Assembly (NCBI GenBank): GCA_973895155.1
Contig: OZ316892.1
Coordinates: 12,340,238-12,404,237 of the forward strand
Length of the DNA: 64,000 nt
DNA from: Marsupella aquatica
Lineage: Eukaryota > Plantae > Marchantiophyta
Direction of reading: 5' to 3'
In this document: positions 23,377-35,996 of the stretch, one piece after another
Layout of the letters: each line of letters opens with the position of its first letter
Position numbering within the stretch: position 1 is the first letter of the stretch
The notes under the pieces: generated by a model
What the model saw: only the letters and a program-made list of their open reading frames with translations
What the model was told of the DNA's origin: nothing
Databases searched by the model: none
Position numbers and translations under genes: made by a program

Positions 23377-25044
23377 TACTGCAAATTCAGGTGGGACCCT
23401 CGGGTCAGCTCGACAAGGAACAAGACTTCTTCATCCTCTGGAAGTTCCTGCAAAACCGACGACATCTGTTGAAATCACAAAGCAAGCTACACTCGAATTC
23501 CGTCACAAACCATTACACATAACAGTAAGGTCTCAACACTATACCGCAGTCCACAACCCAAGCCAGTTTGAGAACATCAATATGCGAAATGTGTCAAGTT
23601 GAGGGTGTCTAGAGCGAAGTATGACAGCTGCCACAATAGTACTCACCCGGAGTCGAGTAATTGAGACTGACCTAACAATGAGAAGTTCACGACCGTGCAC
23701 ACTCAAAGGACGCGAACACTAATAATACACGTAGACGGGAACCACCGGAAGGAACCTCGACGTTACAAACCCTACCTTCAGGAAATACAGAGTGTGATCC
23801 ACGGCATCCAAATGCTACATATGGCAGCGTACTGTATCCGCATAATCCACATACTTCGAGTTATAGGTCCTATTCCCAAATTCAGCGATTGTGGCACAGA
23901 TAATGGAATGACACAAAACCACTGGAAAATCCATGACTCAAGACAAACACGACAGAAAGAACAACCGAGAACTTAATCTTTCTACAAGTGCCTCATCAGT
24001 GGCTCCGGGACGGCAGAAAATCCTCCTCACCAGAAATAACTTTATCAGCAGCGCGCCATCGCAGTAGCCGCCGAGTAAATCATCTGAAGCCGTCAGAGTC
24101 CATCTCAACCTTACTTCGAACCTTCCTCAAATCGCACTAACTCCCGTACAACCTTACTTCCAAGCTACTTCGTTTCCGAGCTGTCTCTTATCGAATCCAC
24201 CACGGCAATTTAACCATACCAGGAGAACTTGAAGCGAGTTCCCCGAAACAAATCTGGAAGGAAGTTATAACCTCTTCGGTCAGAAAACAGGAGTACGACA
24301 CATTTCCTAGACCCCACTTGTTCGCTTCTCCAACTAAACATCTCTGAATCATGCATGTTATCAATTCCTCAGAAACCAACTATGCTTTCTCTTCCAAGCA
24401 CCAATCAGTGGAGCTATCGACAGCTACAGACATCCACCACTTTCGCATGCGTAAACAGAACTGCGAACGACACCATAATCACTCCAGTCTTATTAAGACC
24501 TCCCGTCCATTGCGGAAAACCAGCAACGTCTCCACTCTGGGCCACACAGATCCCACAAATTCCGTGCCCACAACTCTGCTTCCCTTTCACCAAACTCTGT
24601 CTGGAGGTCTCCTGTATTTCTCAATCTCACTGTATACGAGACGCGGGTGGACTCTCAGGCACTCGAAAGTTCAATCCGCACTCAAGCTTCGACAGCCTCG
24701 ACATCACCCGACGAACACAACCAAAGCTCCTTGAAAACCCCTTCTTCCTTGCCTGCTATTCAATTCCTTCACAGTAAACGAGGCAGCTCGCGATGCATTC
24801 CAAGCAGAAATCTATGGAGAAGCCCTCCTCTTGCATGCAGGCGCTTCTAGGATGCGCAGCGCACCACCTCTCCCTCCGTCATTAGAAAACGTATGTTCAC
24901 TTTCCGCCTCTACCCAAGATTCTCGGGGTCTATGATCTATCACTCTTCCTCCCCCTCACCAGTGCCCATCCTGTCTTTTTTTGGCTCTTTTGGAACTGTG
25001 ATATACATTCACTTGTGACAACACTTGCAGCACACAAATGCCCA

Positions 25045-25412
25045 CAAAATGACACTCAGCTCTCGATAAGTGCACACTCCCCGGAAGCAGCATCCCGTGT
25101 GCACTTCTGGAAGCGAACGAAATGACACAAAATGACACAGGTCTCGCTAAGTGCACACTCCCCGGAAGCAGCATCTCGTGTGCACTTATGGAAGCGAACG
25201 AAATGACACAAAATGACAGTCAGGTCTCGCTAAGTGCACACTCCCCGGAAGCAGCATTCCCGTGTGCACTTATGGACGCGAACAAAATGACACAAAATGA
25301 CAGTCAGCTCTCGATAAGTGCACACTCCCCGGAAGCAGCATCCCATGTGCACTTATGGAAGCGAACAAAATGACATTCAGCTCTCGCTAAATGCACACTC
25401 CCGGGAAGCAGC
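25045..25412. repeat. Tandem array of ~73-84-bp units (~4.5 copies), each with an internal palindrome
   Basis: AA(G/A)TGCACACTCC anchors at 25068, 25149, 25232, 25316 and 25389. The units contain AAGTGCACAC-N19/20-GTGTGCACTT. Degenerate units continue to ~26440. Confidence 0.9.
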
Positions 25413-26569
25413 TTTATATAAGAGGTGAAGTGTCCAAGACTTCCCCTTGTTTCCATATTCTATACATTTTTCTCTTCTACCATGCCAGTTTGTTCCACAA
25501 TTTCAGGAAATAATTACTTTTGATGGTAGTTAGATGTAATATGTATCTTTTAAAGGGCAAGTGTGGTTTAATTGGGTGTGCACTAAATTGGGAGTGCACT
25601 ATGTCATAAGTGCACACCCCCCAAAGCAGCATTTATCCATAGGAGGACACACAATGATGACTCACAAGCTACAGCACCTTGATGTAAATGGACCCTCTCC
25701 CTAAAGATCCCAGGGTCTTCAGTTGCCTTCCTGTTCACTTGGGACAACACTCCTGGTGAACAAAATGGCAGTCAGCTCTCACTAAGTGCACCATCCCCAA
25801 AAGAAGCGCTTAGTCTGCACTTAAATAGGGTGTAAATACTTGGAAATTGCATTTATCTATTAGGAAACACAAGTCAACAACCATGAGTGCACTGGGCCCT
25901 CTCTCCTTAACATCCCTGGTATTATCACTCTCTGGCTTGTTCACTTGTCACAACACTTCCAGGAAAGAAAATGAGTCAGCTTTTTCTAAGTGCACAATCC
26001 CCAAAAGAAGCATATTGTGTGCAATTAACTAGGGTTTGCATTACATCATAAGTGCAAAAACTTGGAAGTTGCATTATCAATAAGAGCGCACATGATGATG
26101 TCTCATGAACTACAGTGCCTGGATGTGCAATGGGCCATCTTTCAGTCCAAATTTGCATGACCTCCTTCCTAAATTGTACATCCCTGCCCTAAAGTGATCC
26201 CTTACCTCATAAGTGCAACTTATACTCTGTACAATGACTTGCAACTATCAATAAGTGTAAGGCAAAGGAATTATGTGCTTACTCACAAGTGCTCATAAAC
26301 CCTTATAGAGGGTTGCACTTATGTATTTATCCCTTAGTGTAGCCCATTTTTCACTTACAAGAAGTGCAAATGGTAGAGAAACAGGGATGAAGGGGACACC
26401 ATGCAATTAGCCAGGTTTGGCACTTATGTAGAGGGCTCTTAGTAAGAGCTCACTGTACAAATTGTTAGCTTTTGCTCATTCCACCTCCATTCCTCACAAG
26501 GCAAGGCAGATATTGAATCACACCCTAGTGTTAGGAGTATTTGTTTTACCCCTTTGCTTTGGAGGTTTT

Positions 26570-26890
26570 GATCTTTGACCATTTCTTGCAAATCATGTCC
26601 AGTCTTTTGTGTAAAACAAGGTTATCCCTCAGTTTTTGTTCTCATTACCTTCTTTAGACACTGGGTATCTCTTTGCATGAAAGAGGGCTGGGGCATATGC
26701 TATTTTGCAGAAGGTCAATTCTGTTGGGTGTAGAGCCTCTAGACAAATTCTTCTTTGTGGCCCTCATATGCAGTTTACCTGAGGTGGAGGGGGATATAAG
26801 AAAAGTGGGTGAGCTTCATCAAGCTCCCTTCATTGGAGTAAGTTGTGAGAAAATTTGTGAGCTTTACCAGGATCTTCAGTTTCCTGCTTA
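26570..26890 (-). mobile_element. Possible retrotransposon gag relic
   Basis: Stop-interrupted frame AYEGHKEEFV*RLYTQQN*PSAK*HM...MQRDTQCLKKVMR weakly resembles the retrotransposon gag W..FK.EF..RF...LKQ pattern. Confidence 0.25.
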
Positions 26891-28448
26891 GTAGGGCGTT
26901 AGTTTATTTTGACATTTGAGAATCGTTTGTTGAATGGGTATCTAATGATGGGCCATGATGAACTTGTTCCTAACAGCGATCGCATTGACCATTTTCTAGG
27001 AAAATCTCCATAGGTTTTCTCCGATACTTTCATAGGTTGATATGACGAATTGCTACTACAAACCCAGGAATTTAGATATAAGATAACAATCGGAAAGATG
27101 TTACACTTCAAGGGTGCTCCAAGAAACGTTGATGCACCAAGTATGTGGGTTGAGAAGCCCACACGGACCAACACTGGACATACACTTTTAAACAACTGGT
27201 GAGAAAGTGCCCTCTACCACGTTCAGCTCCTCTTACCTGAGAATACTCTGAACTGTAGAGTCTCTTCTGAATTCCAAGTCCATCGGTTCTAGGAAGGAGT
27301 CTGATCTAGAAGAACCACTATGCAAGCTATTTCATATTCCGGATGAAGTGTTATGGTTACAGCAAAAGGTCGAGGACTTTTAGTCTGTCCTTTGCCCGAC
27401 TCAAAGGGAAGTACAGACTCAAAGTCCTGACCAGAATATTAAAAAAAAAAATCACTCTGGCATACTCGCTACTCCTACAGCACTGTGCTTGATACTTAAA
27501 AGCATGGACAACTTAAGAACTCCATTTAGAATGCAGCTTGGGGGGATTGAACTTGTTAATTAAGGGATTCCATTGTGGGGGTAAACTACAAATTAACCAC
27601 TAGCTGGGGTAGGAGAACCCTGGTAGATTACAAAACACCATCGTCATGCTATCCCCGATAGAGAAAGTACTAACTGCATTGCAACCAATATTCTCTTTTT
27701 TAAACAGAAAAATTAACGGCCAGAGCGCTTGAACTTGCAGCAAAATTTTACTCAGCCGGGAAACTTTAAACTTGCCAACTTCCGGCAGGGAAGAGATTGT
27801 TCAGGTCACATGAACTGTCCTTCCAACCAGGAAATGAGACGGCAGTGTTTTACACTATGTAAAGTAGACTCGACAAAGTCTGCCAGAAAACTATATCCTT
27901 CACCATCAAAGTGGCTGCGAGTTTCCTCTGGCTAAAATCCAAGGGTCCAAGTTATCACACTTCCACAAGTACCTAATACCGCCGATGTACGTCACCAACC
28001 TCTCAAATACAGTGCACCTTGTTACTTATGACATCCAGAAACGCACTACTCACAGCTGCGTGTAAACCTACTGCAATTTATGATACTAACACAGCGACAG
28101 ATATATCTGGTACCATCTACACAAACGACGCAGCTCTGAATCCTTCATGTTCACAACTTGACTGCCCATAAACAGCTCGTCGCCGATCTACAGGATGATA
28201 CTGTCAACTGCGCTCTGATTTATGATCGAACTAGCATTCTTTTCATTGTTTATCCTGAACCCACACCATCCTGCAGTCTGCCCTATACCCCTACAAATGG
28301 AAGGTAGAGGACTGGAAATGGGCTGCTGCTATTGCGTGTATACCTGTTTGATTCGAGTGAGTTACTCTTCAGGTCTTCCATATAATGTCTACATCAGGCA
28401 ACTCGTAATACTCTTCGCAAACCTTTGACAGAGAATTTGCAGAAACCA

Positions 28449-31400
28449 CTACGCAGGCCCACGTGGGGCTGCTATCGGTTTCATATCAGGTAAACCAAGC
28501 ACTTTCTTGAAGTACTTCGGTGGAACCACACCTTCAAACCCATCGGTAAGTATCACTTTGTTATCAGAGATGTAGAGCTTCATGCCATCTGCACAAGTAA
28601 ACGGCCACGATCAACAAACCTCCTGTGTTCAGTCAAAGTGATTGGTCTGCGTCAAGAGGGAAAAGCTTGCCTGGGTGTAGCAACACTCAAATAGCCACGT
28701 ACCAGGAGAAATGTGGTACTTGTCCTAAGTAGGTAGGTACTACAGTAGACGGCATGAACTTTAATAAAACACTACACCCAACCCTCTACCAGCTTTTGAA
28801 CACCAACCAATTATCCTTGACCCCTTCCTGGGGAGTAGCAACTCCTGATGCAGTCACTTATTTGGAAGGAGAGGGCAACGAGGGACTCTCTGATCACTAT
28901 GTTCATCTCCTAATTCAACAGAGATCTGGTCAGCAGAGATACTCAAGCCTCAGAATGTAAAATTACCCGCCAGAGCCATATCCACATTCAAGTAAATCAA
29001 AACTTCGCACGTGCTCCTCATACCTGCACCATTCAATGAAAGGATACGATATTAGCTTCAAACGTACACGTATGCAAGGAAACCCGGGAAACCATATGAA
29101 AGAGAGAGAAGTCTTAGTTTTCCAAGAGCAAACCACAGAAGAGGGAATTGCAGATATCATAGTTCCCCTCTGAAGCTTGCTATTCGGGTTCTTTTAGAAC
29201 TGGAAACCAGAATGGACTTGAACATTACAAAACACACATCCTGATGCGACCTGAGTAAATCAACTGAATAAAAACCCTTGAACCCATTATCGTCGTGATT
29301 TCACTTGGTGGCTGTCCATGACGTTACTCTCAAGTGAGGCTGCAGGGATCTCCCCGGGCCAGAAGGGTCTATGGTTCCACACATGTATCTAAATCTAATC
29401 AAGCACACCGGCTTCATCAATGCTGGATAAAGAGGGGATCTATTAGTAGTGATTTAGAGAAACGAGTAAAACTCACCACTGATAACATCCTGGCTTCCAG
29501 CAACTCCAGAAGCAAAGTGGATCTGATTACGTTGCATACGCTTCAATCCCTCCTTAAATATTAGATCCAAATATCTACGATAAGTTCCATGCACGCAAAC
29601 TGCACATGTACAACGGTTGTTATGTGCCAGACCAGAGAAATTGACCATTCTTGTAAGACTCTCAATAAGAAATCGGGAGGGCATTAGGTAAGATGGTTGA
29701 TTGATATTGGATTGCAATAGATGATTAGGAGGGAAGGGTTTTATATATTTCTTACCAGGAACCTCGTCGGCAGAGACAATTGGCTTTAGCAGGTGCTCCG
29801 AGTTGACACTCTGACAACACAGTAACTTTCATGACTCAGTAAAAGCAGACCAAGTGTTGCCAAAAAATAATGACAGAGGGTCACATAGGAAAGATATGTG
29901 ACAAACTACGGGCATGCTCAAGAATCCACTGGTGCAAAAGAGCAAAATAAATCACATCAGACTCCAGCAAAGAAGACGAAACAAAAAACTGATTGAGCGA
30001 ATTCAAAGTCAAGAGGGCCTCAGAAAAAGAGAGGATGAAAGCAACAGAGACCTGCATACTGTGCCCTTGGTTTGCTCGAATGAACAGCCGACCATTCTCT
30101 TCCTTGATTCCAAGTCGCTGTTTGTTATCCTGCTGGACAGCCTGGGCAGCCACATGATGGGATTAGGATCCAAAGCCGAGCACCAGCTACATACATGTTG
30201 AGACTCATTGAGGAGTTAACAATAACATATCCCTTTCATTCACTCAAGTGATAGCAGGGGGTGTTGCAATTACTGTTGGCTTTCTTACTTGCTTGACATC
30301 AGCAATGCTGTGCGATGTCAGTGGTCGGTTTGACCCAGTTTTCATAGAAAGCTTCAGTATATCTTGTACATCCACATAGCCATCACTGCTCATCTCCAAA
30401 CGCAATTCAACTGCTTTGTGCCGCAAAATCTTGGTCCTGCAAGCATTGTCCAAAATCTTTGTCATCATGTACTCTAAAAAGACCCTCGCACAGGTGACTA
30501 TTCCGAAATATCCTGGGCACATGCTCATAATGGTTTCTTTTCAGAAGTGAAGAAATCCGGAGGCAGCTAGTATAAACTTCCACGACAATCGCGTTCGCGA
30601 AACACTGAGAAAGTTTCTGCACGGGATTTGTCCAACAGCCCTAAACGGTATGTCATTAAATGCTTACAATGCTCTGCCCAGTGTGTCTATGAATCCTGCT
30701 TTCTCCCATGCAGGATCTCTCCCTGGACGATTTTGCCGTCCATCTCTCCCGTTGCCAAATTCCTGTCCATTCCTCAATTCAGCACCTTTCCGATCACCTC
30801 CCTTATGTCTGTCCTGGAAAACGCTCTCCCTGTTTTGGTTGAAATTCCCCGGCGGCCACTCCTTTTCTGCTCCCGTCTGCACTGAGATAGGACTGTCGAC
30901 CTCACCTGCCTGTTTCAGTTGTTGAGGCCCTCTGGGGAGATGAGCATGATGAACTTGTTCCGCTCTGCCACGACCGCTTCCTTGGTCCCGATTTCCTGCT
31001 GATAAGGTAGCACCCAGCGCGGGAAAGTGAAAATCATCTATTGAGGGAGACGGAGTTGCCGGAACGCTCTCCTTACTCGCTTCTTCTGGTACAAAGGGAT
31101 GCCGCCCTGATCCCCATGGCCGATGCTGTGATAGAGGTTTCGGCGTCACCTGCGAGTTTGTATTTTGAACAATTGCACTCGTCCCTTCGACGGGCAGTGG
31201 AGAAGCTTTTGACCCCAATTTCGAGCCCTTGCCCAGTTGCTCTCCATCCAAACTTGCGGTCACTGTTTGCAGAGCGGGAACAGATGCTTTACTTGCATTA
31301 GATCGCTGAGGAAAATCGTTCGGGGGATCATTTGTGGAATATGATGGAGTACTGTCACTAACACCCACAGTACCAAACTGGATAGCGACACCTTGGGACG

Positions 31401-31650
31401 ACGAAGTCTGACCCGTACCACCAAAAGAACCCTTCTTTGAGTTTGCTCCGGCTGCTACAGAATTAATACTTCCCCCATTCGTCCTGTGGTTGCCCTGTTG
31501 CCGCTGCTGTTGGGCATGGTGAGAGCGTGGTGCAATCCTCACTGAGGACAACGAAGACGGTTCCATTGCCCTAAAAGAGTGTGCACAGTCGGGGAGTGAA
31601 ATAAAATGACCTGCTCCTCGGTACTGCCATTCCAAAATTGCCCGAATCAT
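28449..31650 (-). CDS. TRPT1: tRNA 2'-phosphotransferase (Tpt1/KptA family) with a ~300-aa low-complexity N-terminal extension, 7 coding exons
   Basis: Exons 31650 (or 31566)-30668, 30436-30289, 30141-30052, 29810-29756, 29599-29477, 29023-28967, 28588-28449. Motifs LTKILRH, DGYV, DNKQR, IRANQGHS, VHGT, RMQRNQIHFA, ISGMR and SDNKVILT match both Tpt1 lobes. The start codon is ambiguous between two in-frame ATGs. Confidence 0.93.
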
Positions 31651-32659
31651 CAGCCAGAAGACAATCGCCTCATTGCCACCCTTCTCCAGCGCCGGACTCT
31701 CATACCAACAAGAATTGCAAGCAGTGCTTTCAGTAGTTCCTCACAACCTCCTAAGGAGTTTGAAAGCTAGAATCTTATGATTCTCTGACGAACGCCGAAA
31801 ACCTAGTGAACAGCTGCAAAAAGGGACGAGCCATGCCTCGGCGATGGCACTCCTCCCCTCGGGCACACACTGTAGAGATCACAAAGCTACCTGAAACAAA
31901 ACTCCGGAACACCAGGACACAGCATCTTTCTTACTAATGTCGTGTTATCGCTGGCAATGACATCCATTCACAACCAGCACCTGCCTGCCACCTGGAATAA
32001 CAAACCAACCGTCCAATCAGGTATCTAGATAACGCTAAACCACATAGAATTTGACAGGCAGACATCAAAGTCCTCGAATCTGCTCTGAATTGAGTATACA
32101 TCGCCTGCAGTGCCATCAAGCACTGTCTCTGTGAACGACTCTCTAAAAATCCGAATCGACTCGACAAATCTCCCACTACTATTACAGAGTTTGTCAAACT
32201 GTTATGTCCCTTGAATGGCTTTCTGGATTCCGGATCCACTAAACAATTCGCAATATTCTCACCAGAGTTTGTCAAGTAGATACTTAGGTTCCTCGGAACC
32301 CTCAATGTTGATGGCGATGCCTAAACTAGTTCACGGTACATAACTTATCGTAATGGAAAGCTCACCACTGACCTACAATAAACAAATTACACGGAAAAAC
32401 ACAAATTCGAGGTGTCGACACGCTGCAAGCCTTTGGTCAGTCATAGCTCCCCGTCACAAAGGCATCGAATTATATATCCGAGTATAATGAATAACTTACG
32501 ATGGCAGCTGGCGGCAAAGCAAAAGGCTACAAGAGAAACAATCATCCAGGGAGAAACAATGATCCAGGGCTCAGAAACAGACCATAAAATCCTACACTGC
32601 GTCCACAGCTCAGCTGCGATCATAGCCGAACTGAAGATAGCAACGTCAAATTACGGAAT

Positions 32660-33135
32660 GATGTTCAAGGGCCCGGTTCCACCCGAACGAATGTTCCTAC
32701 TGCCATTGATTCGTCAGTCCACAACGCAGCCACCAACATGGAGAGCGAACAAACTGAACTCCTCGATTCCTCTACGTCAACTTCGCCGCTAATCTACAGT
32801 ACCCGTCACTTGAAGCAAGAGATTCTTGAATGCACACAATTCACTTACTGTTCTCGAAGGACCGGTTCCACCAGAAAGAAAATCACGCAGCTCATTCCTA
32901 ATTTCGACCAAATCACATTGATTCCTCTAGGTCAACTTCGCCGCGAATCTATTATTCCCTTCACTCGAAGTTAGAGATTCGTGAAGCGCACAATCTACTA
33001 ATGTTCTCGAAGGGCCCGTTCCACCGGAAAGAATATCACGCAGCTCGTTTCTAATTTCTACCGAATGACAGTGATTCGCCAGTCCACAACGGGGTCACAA
33101 ATCAGCAGCACGAACAAATTCAATGCCTCTATTCG
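32660..33135. repeat. Degenerate ~150-190-bp tandem duplications upstream of the TRPT1 CDS
   Basis: Recurrent blocks AAGG.CC.GTTCCACC.GAA.GAA, GATTCCTCTA.GTCAACTTCGCCGC and TGATTCG.CAGTCCACAAC. Confidence 0.7.
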
Positions 33136-34586
33136 GGTAGGTGGCCGTCGTCACTCAAGCTTACCTTTTCAAACGACGGCATATCCCCGCATCACGAGCC
33201 CGTCCACAAATCTAGGGTACGCTTCACTTTCGTCGGAGAAATTCTTGAGTGCACCAAATTGATCACGATTTTGGTGCGAAGACGGTGAATTCGCTCGCCC
33301 AAGTCGGATGGAATGCGGGCGCAAGCAGGGACGAGGGCCAGAGGATCCGTCGCAAAATCAACAACAATCGTCGCAGAGGTGCTTCACTACAGTGGTGAGC
33401 GTGAAGAAATGTGCAGAGATGACCATTTCTTCACGGTTATACGGATTCGGTACTGTACTCATGAGAATGTCCTTTCGCGCCTTCGTATACAATACGTTTC
33501 GTAAGAAATACGTTACTGTAGTCGTACAGTGTACCGTGCATAAGTGCACCGTGTATAAATGCATTCTGTGTATACTTGAATAAATATTAAGAGCATTTTT
33601 CCTTTGTACAATATCACCAAAGTTGGACTGCCTGTAAGTGCAAGTTCACTTCACTACACGACAAAAAACTTAAGTGCATTTCAGAGTATAAGAGTGCATA
33701 TGTATTTATCAATTAGTGCAAATGCATTTTGTTAGAAGCATTTATTTATAAGTGCAATGGACAGCTACACACGGTAGTTTCATGCAATTATCCAGGTGCA
33801 TCATGCACTATAAGAATTAGGGGTATGAGGGGTTTGATGTGTATGACCTGACAACGCATATGCAGAAGTGCATAAGCAATTCACATGTACTTATTGGGAA
33901 GCACAGGATGCACAAGTGCATACATGATATCTCATGCACTTATGACATATTGCATACCATATATAAGTGCAGGTTTGGGTGTCTTTCCCGGGAACCTGCA
34001 CTTCCACATGGTAGACTGTAATTAGTAAATTGAAACCCGGATAGACTTCCATGTTTGCCAGACTGCTTGGATAGATTATTTCAACCTGGATGTACTGTAG
34101 CCAAACCCATTTCCTGCTCATATATTACATGTTACACGAAATGTCCTCTCCTGCCATGGTTGGTCCAATACAGTAAGTTCCCATGTGTTACATATTTAAA
34201 ACAATGTCCTCTCCTGCCATGGTTGCTAATAAAGTCATAATTAGGACCTCCACTTTTACCAAAATGCTAGGACAGACTTTGTAGTCATATTAGAAAATTG
34301 AAGCTAAAATGGACCTCCACTTTTAAGAAAACGCTAGGACAGACTCTTCCAACCGTGGTGGACTCCAGAGAAACCCATTTTTCTGCTTATATAGTATATG
34401 AGTGAACTGTGGCAAAGAAAATGAGAGTCATCTTTGGAAATTTGAAGGTTTCTCAATTCTCAATGAATATAGACTATATTAGGTTCACTGGAAAGATCTT
34501 TCCTAAGCCTATCTGACCAACCCACTAAAATAGTACTCCCTCAGTCCGGGTAATAGAAGACTGCTAGTTGATGGCACGTTGTTTTC

Positions 34587-34817
34587 AGACCCCAGCACTT
34601 TAGAAAGTGTTTGCAGCAAATGGAAGATTCCAAGTTACTGGCATGTTGTTTTCAAACCCCAACGTGTGAGGAATTGTTTCGAACGCATCTCAAAGAAACT
34701 GAGACCCCAGCACTTTAGAAAGTGTTTGCAGCAAATGGAAGATTCCAAGTTACTGGCATGTTGTTTTCAAACCCCAACGTGTGAGGAATTGTTTCGAACG
34801 CATCTCAAAGAAACTGA
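34587..34817. repeat. Perfect 115-bp tandem duplication
   Basis: AGACCCCAGCACTTTAG...CTCAAAGAAACTG at 34587 and 34702. Confidence 0.95.
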
Positions 34818-34846
34818 CTGTGGAAGTGGTGGTCTTCACTCTCACT

Positions 34847-34980
34847 TGTCCAGTTGCAACTTGCCCAAGATCAATAGAATCTAAGAGCAATTCGAATGTC
34901 TTGTCACAAACTTTGACCTGTCCAGGTGCAACTTGCCCAAGATCAATAAAATCTAAGAGCAATTCGAGTGTCTTGTCACA
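34847..34980. repeat. 72-bp tandem duplication
   Basis: TGTCCAG.TGCAACTTGCCCAAGATCAATA.AATCTAAGAGCAATTCGA.TGTCTTGTCACA at 34847 and 34919. Confidence 0.9.
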
Positions 34981-35996
34981 GAGGTCTTTGAAGATAATGA
35001 TGATTTGTTGGCAAGAAGACATTTGTGCACAGTTCAAACAGCTTGTCCAGGATTCATTGCCGTCAAAAATGGCCTTTCAAGGTCCTCACCAATATGAAAG
35101 CTCCATTTTCAGCAGGAAGGTAACTTTTTCCATTGCTATACTTTGCCTTCACGTGTTGACCCATGGAGAGCATAATAGTTGTTCGGTCTTACCGAAAAAT
35201 CTTCCTGAAATGTTTGCAACTAATCACATCACCAAAAGTAACGCATCCTTTGGCAGTGGTATTTGGCCTTAAAATTCATGTTCTATGATGTCAATCGACA
35301 TTGCGATGGACTCTATGTCGACAAGAAACCATGAAACGGAGAACACCTCTGCATATGACATTAAAAGGGAATGTCAGAACTTACTCAAGATGGCCTATAT
35401 CGCCAATGAACGAGACTATGGAAATTTACTTGTGTGGCTGGCCCTCGACGGGACCTCACTTTCCATATATGACAGAACCACAATGAAATCACACTCCGCC
35501 GAATGTTATCATAGACGACTTCATTTTCGATTTAAGTGGTTGCAACTCTAATACCCACACAATCCAGAAGATCACGACTAATCAGCAGATATCATTTCAA
35601 GACGAGCTTTGTGGACGACACAGTGATCTCATTAATAACGACGAGGGGTGGTGGTGGTTACAGAGAGGAGTATAGACCAATCAGGAAGATGACACCCAAA
35701 GAGTAGGCTAGACCAATCACTATAGTAAGTGCGCAGTTCGATAACCAAATAGGAGGCTAGATAAATCAGCGGGCTTCATTTTAAAATTACCTAGGTGCAT
35801 CCAGTCCAGGTCTCACACTGGAAAACCTCGCAAACACCAGGCTCTTCCATCTAACCTCTAAAAAAGCCGGAGGGCAGATAAAATCTTCCAGCGAGACCTT
35901 TCGATGAGAAGACTATCTCCAGTTACGAGTAACAAAGGAAAACCAACTCACAGCAATGAAAGAATACGGGTGTATGTAAATTATATACAAAAGAAT

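Noticed and set aside
25045-25412. CRISPR-like array of palindromic repeats
   Set aside because: The sequence between palindromes is itself repeated, so there are no unique spacers. There are no cas genes and the context is eukaryotic.
33440-33545. Cluster of GTAC cores (SPL/copper-response-like) upstream of TRPT1
   Set aside because: The motif is only 4 bp, occurs a few times and lies next to repeat-derived DNA. Enrichment cannot be established by eye.
34750-35272. Possible PIF/Harbinger transposase relic (minus-strand KHFRKIFR*DRT)
   Set aside because: The resemblance is too weak and no same-strand catalytic DDE motif is visible. A translated profile search would be needed.
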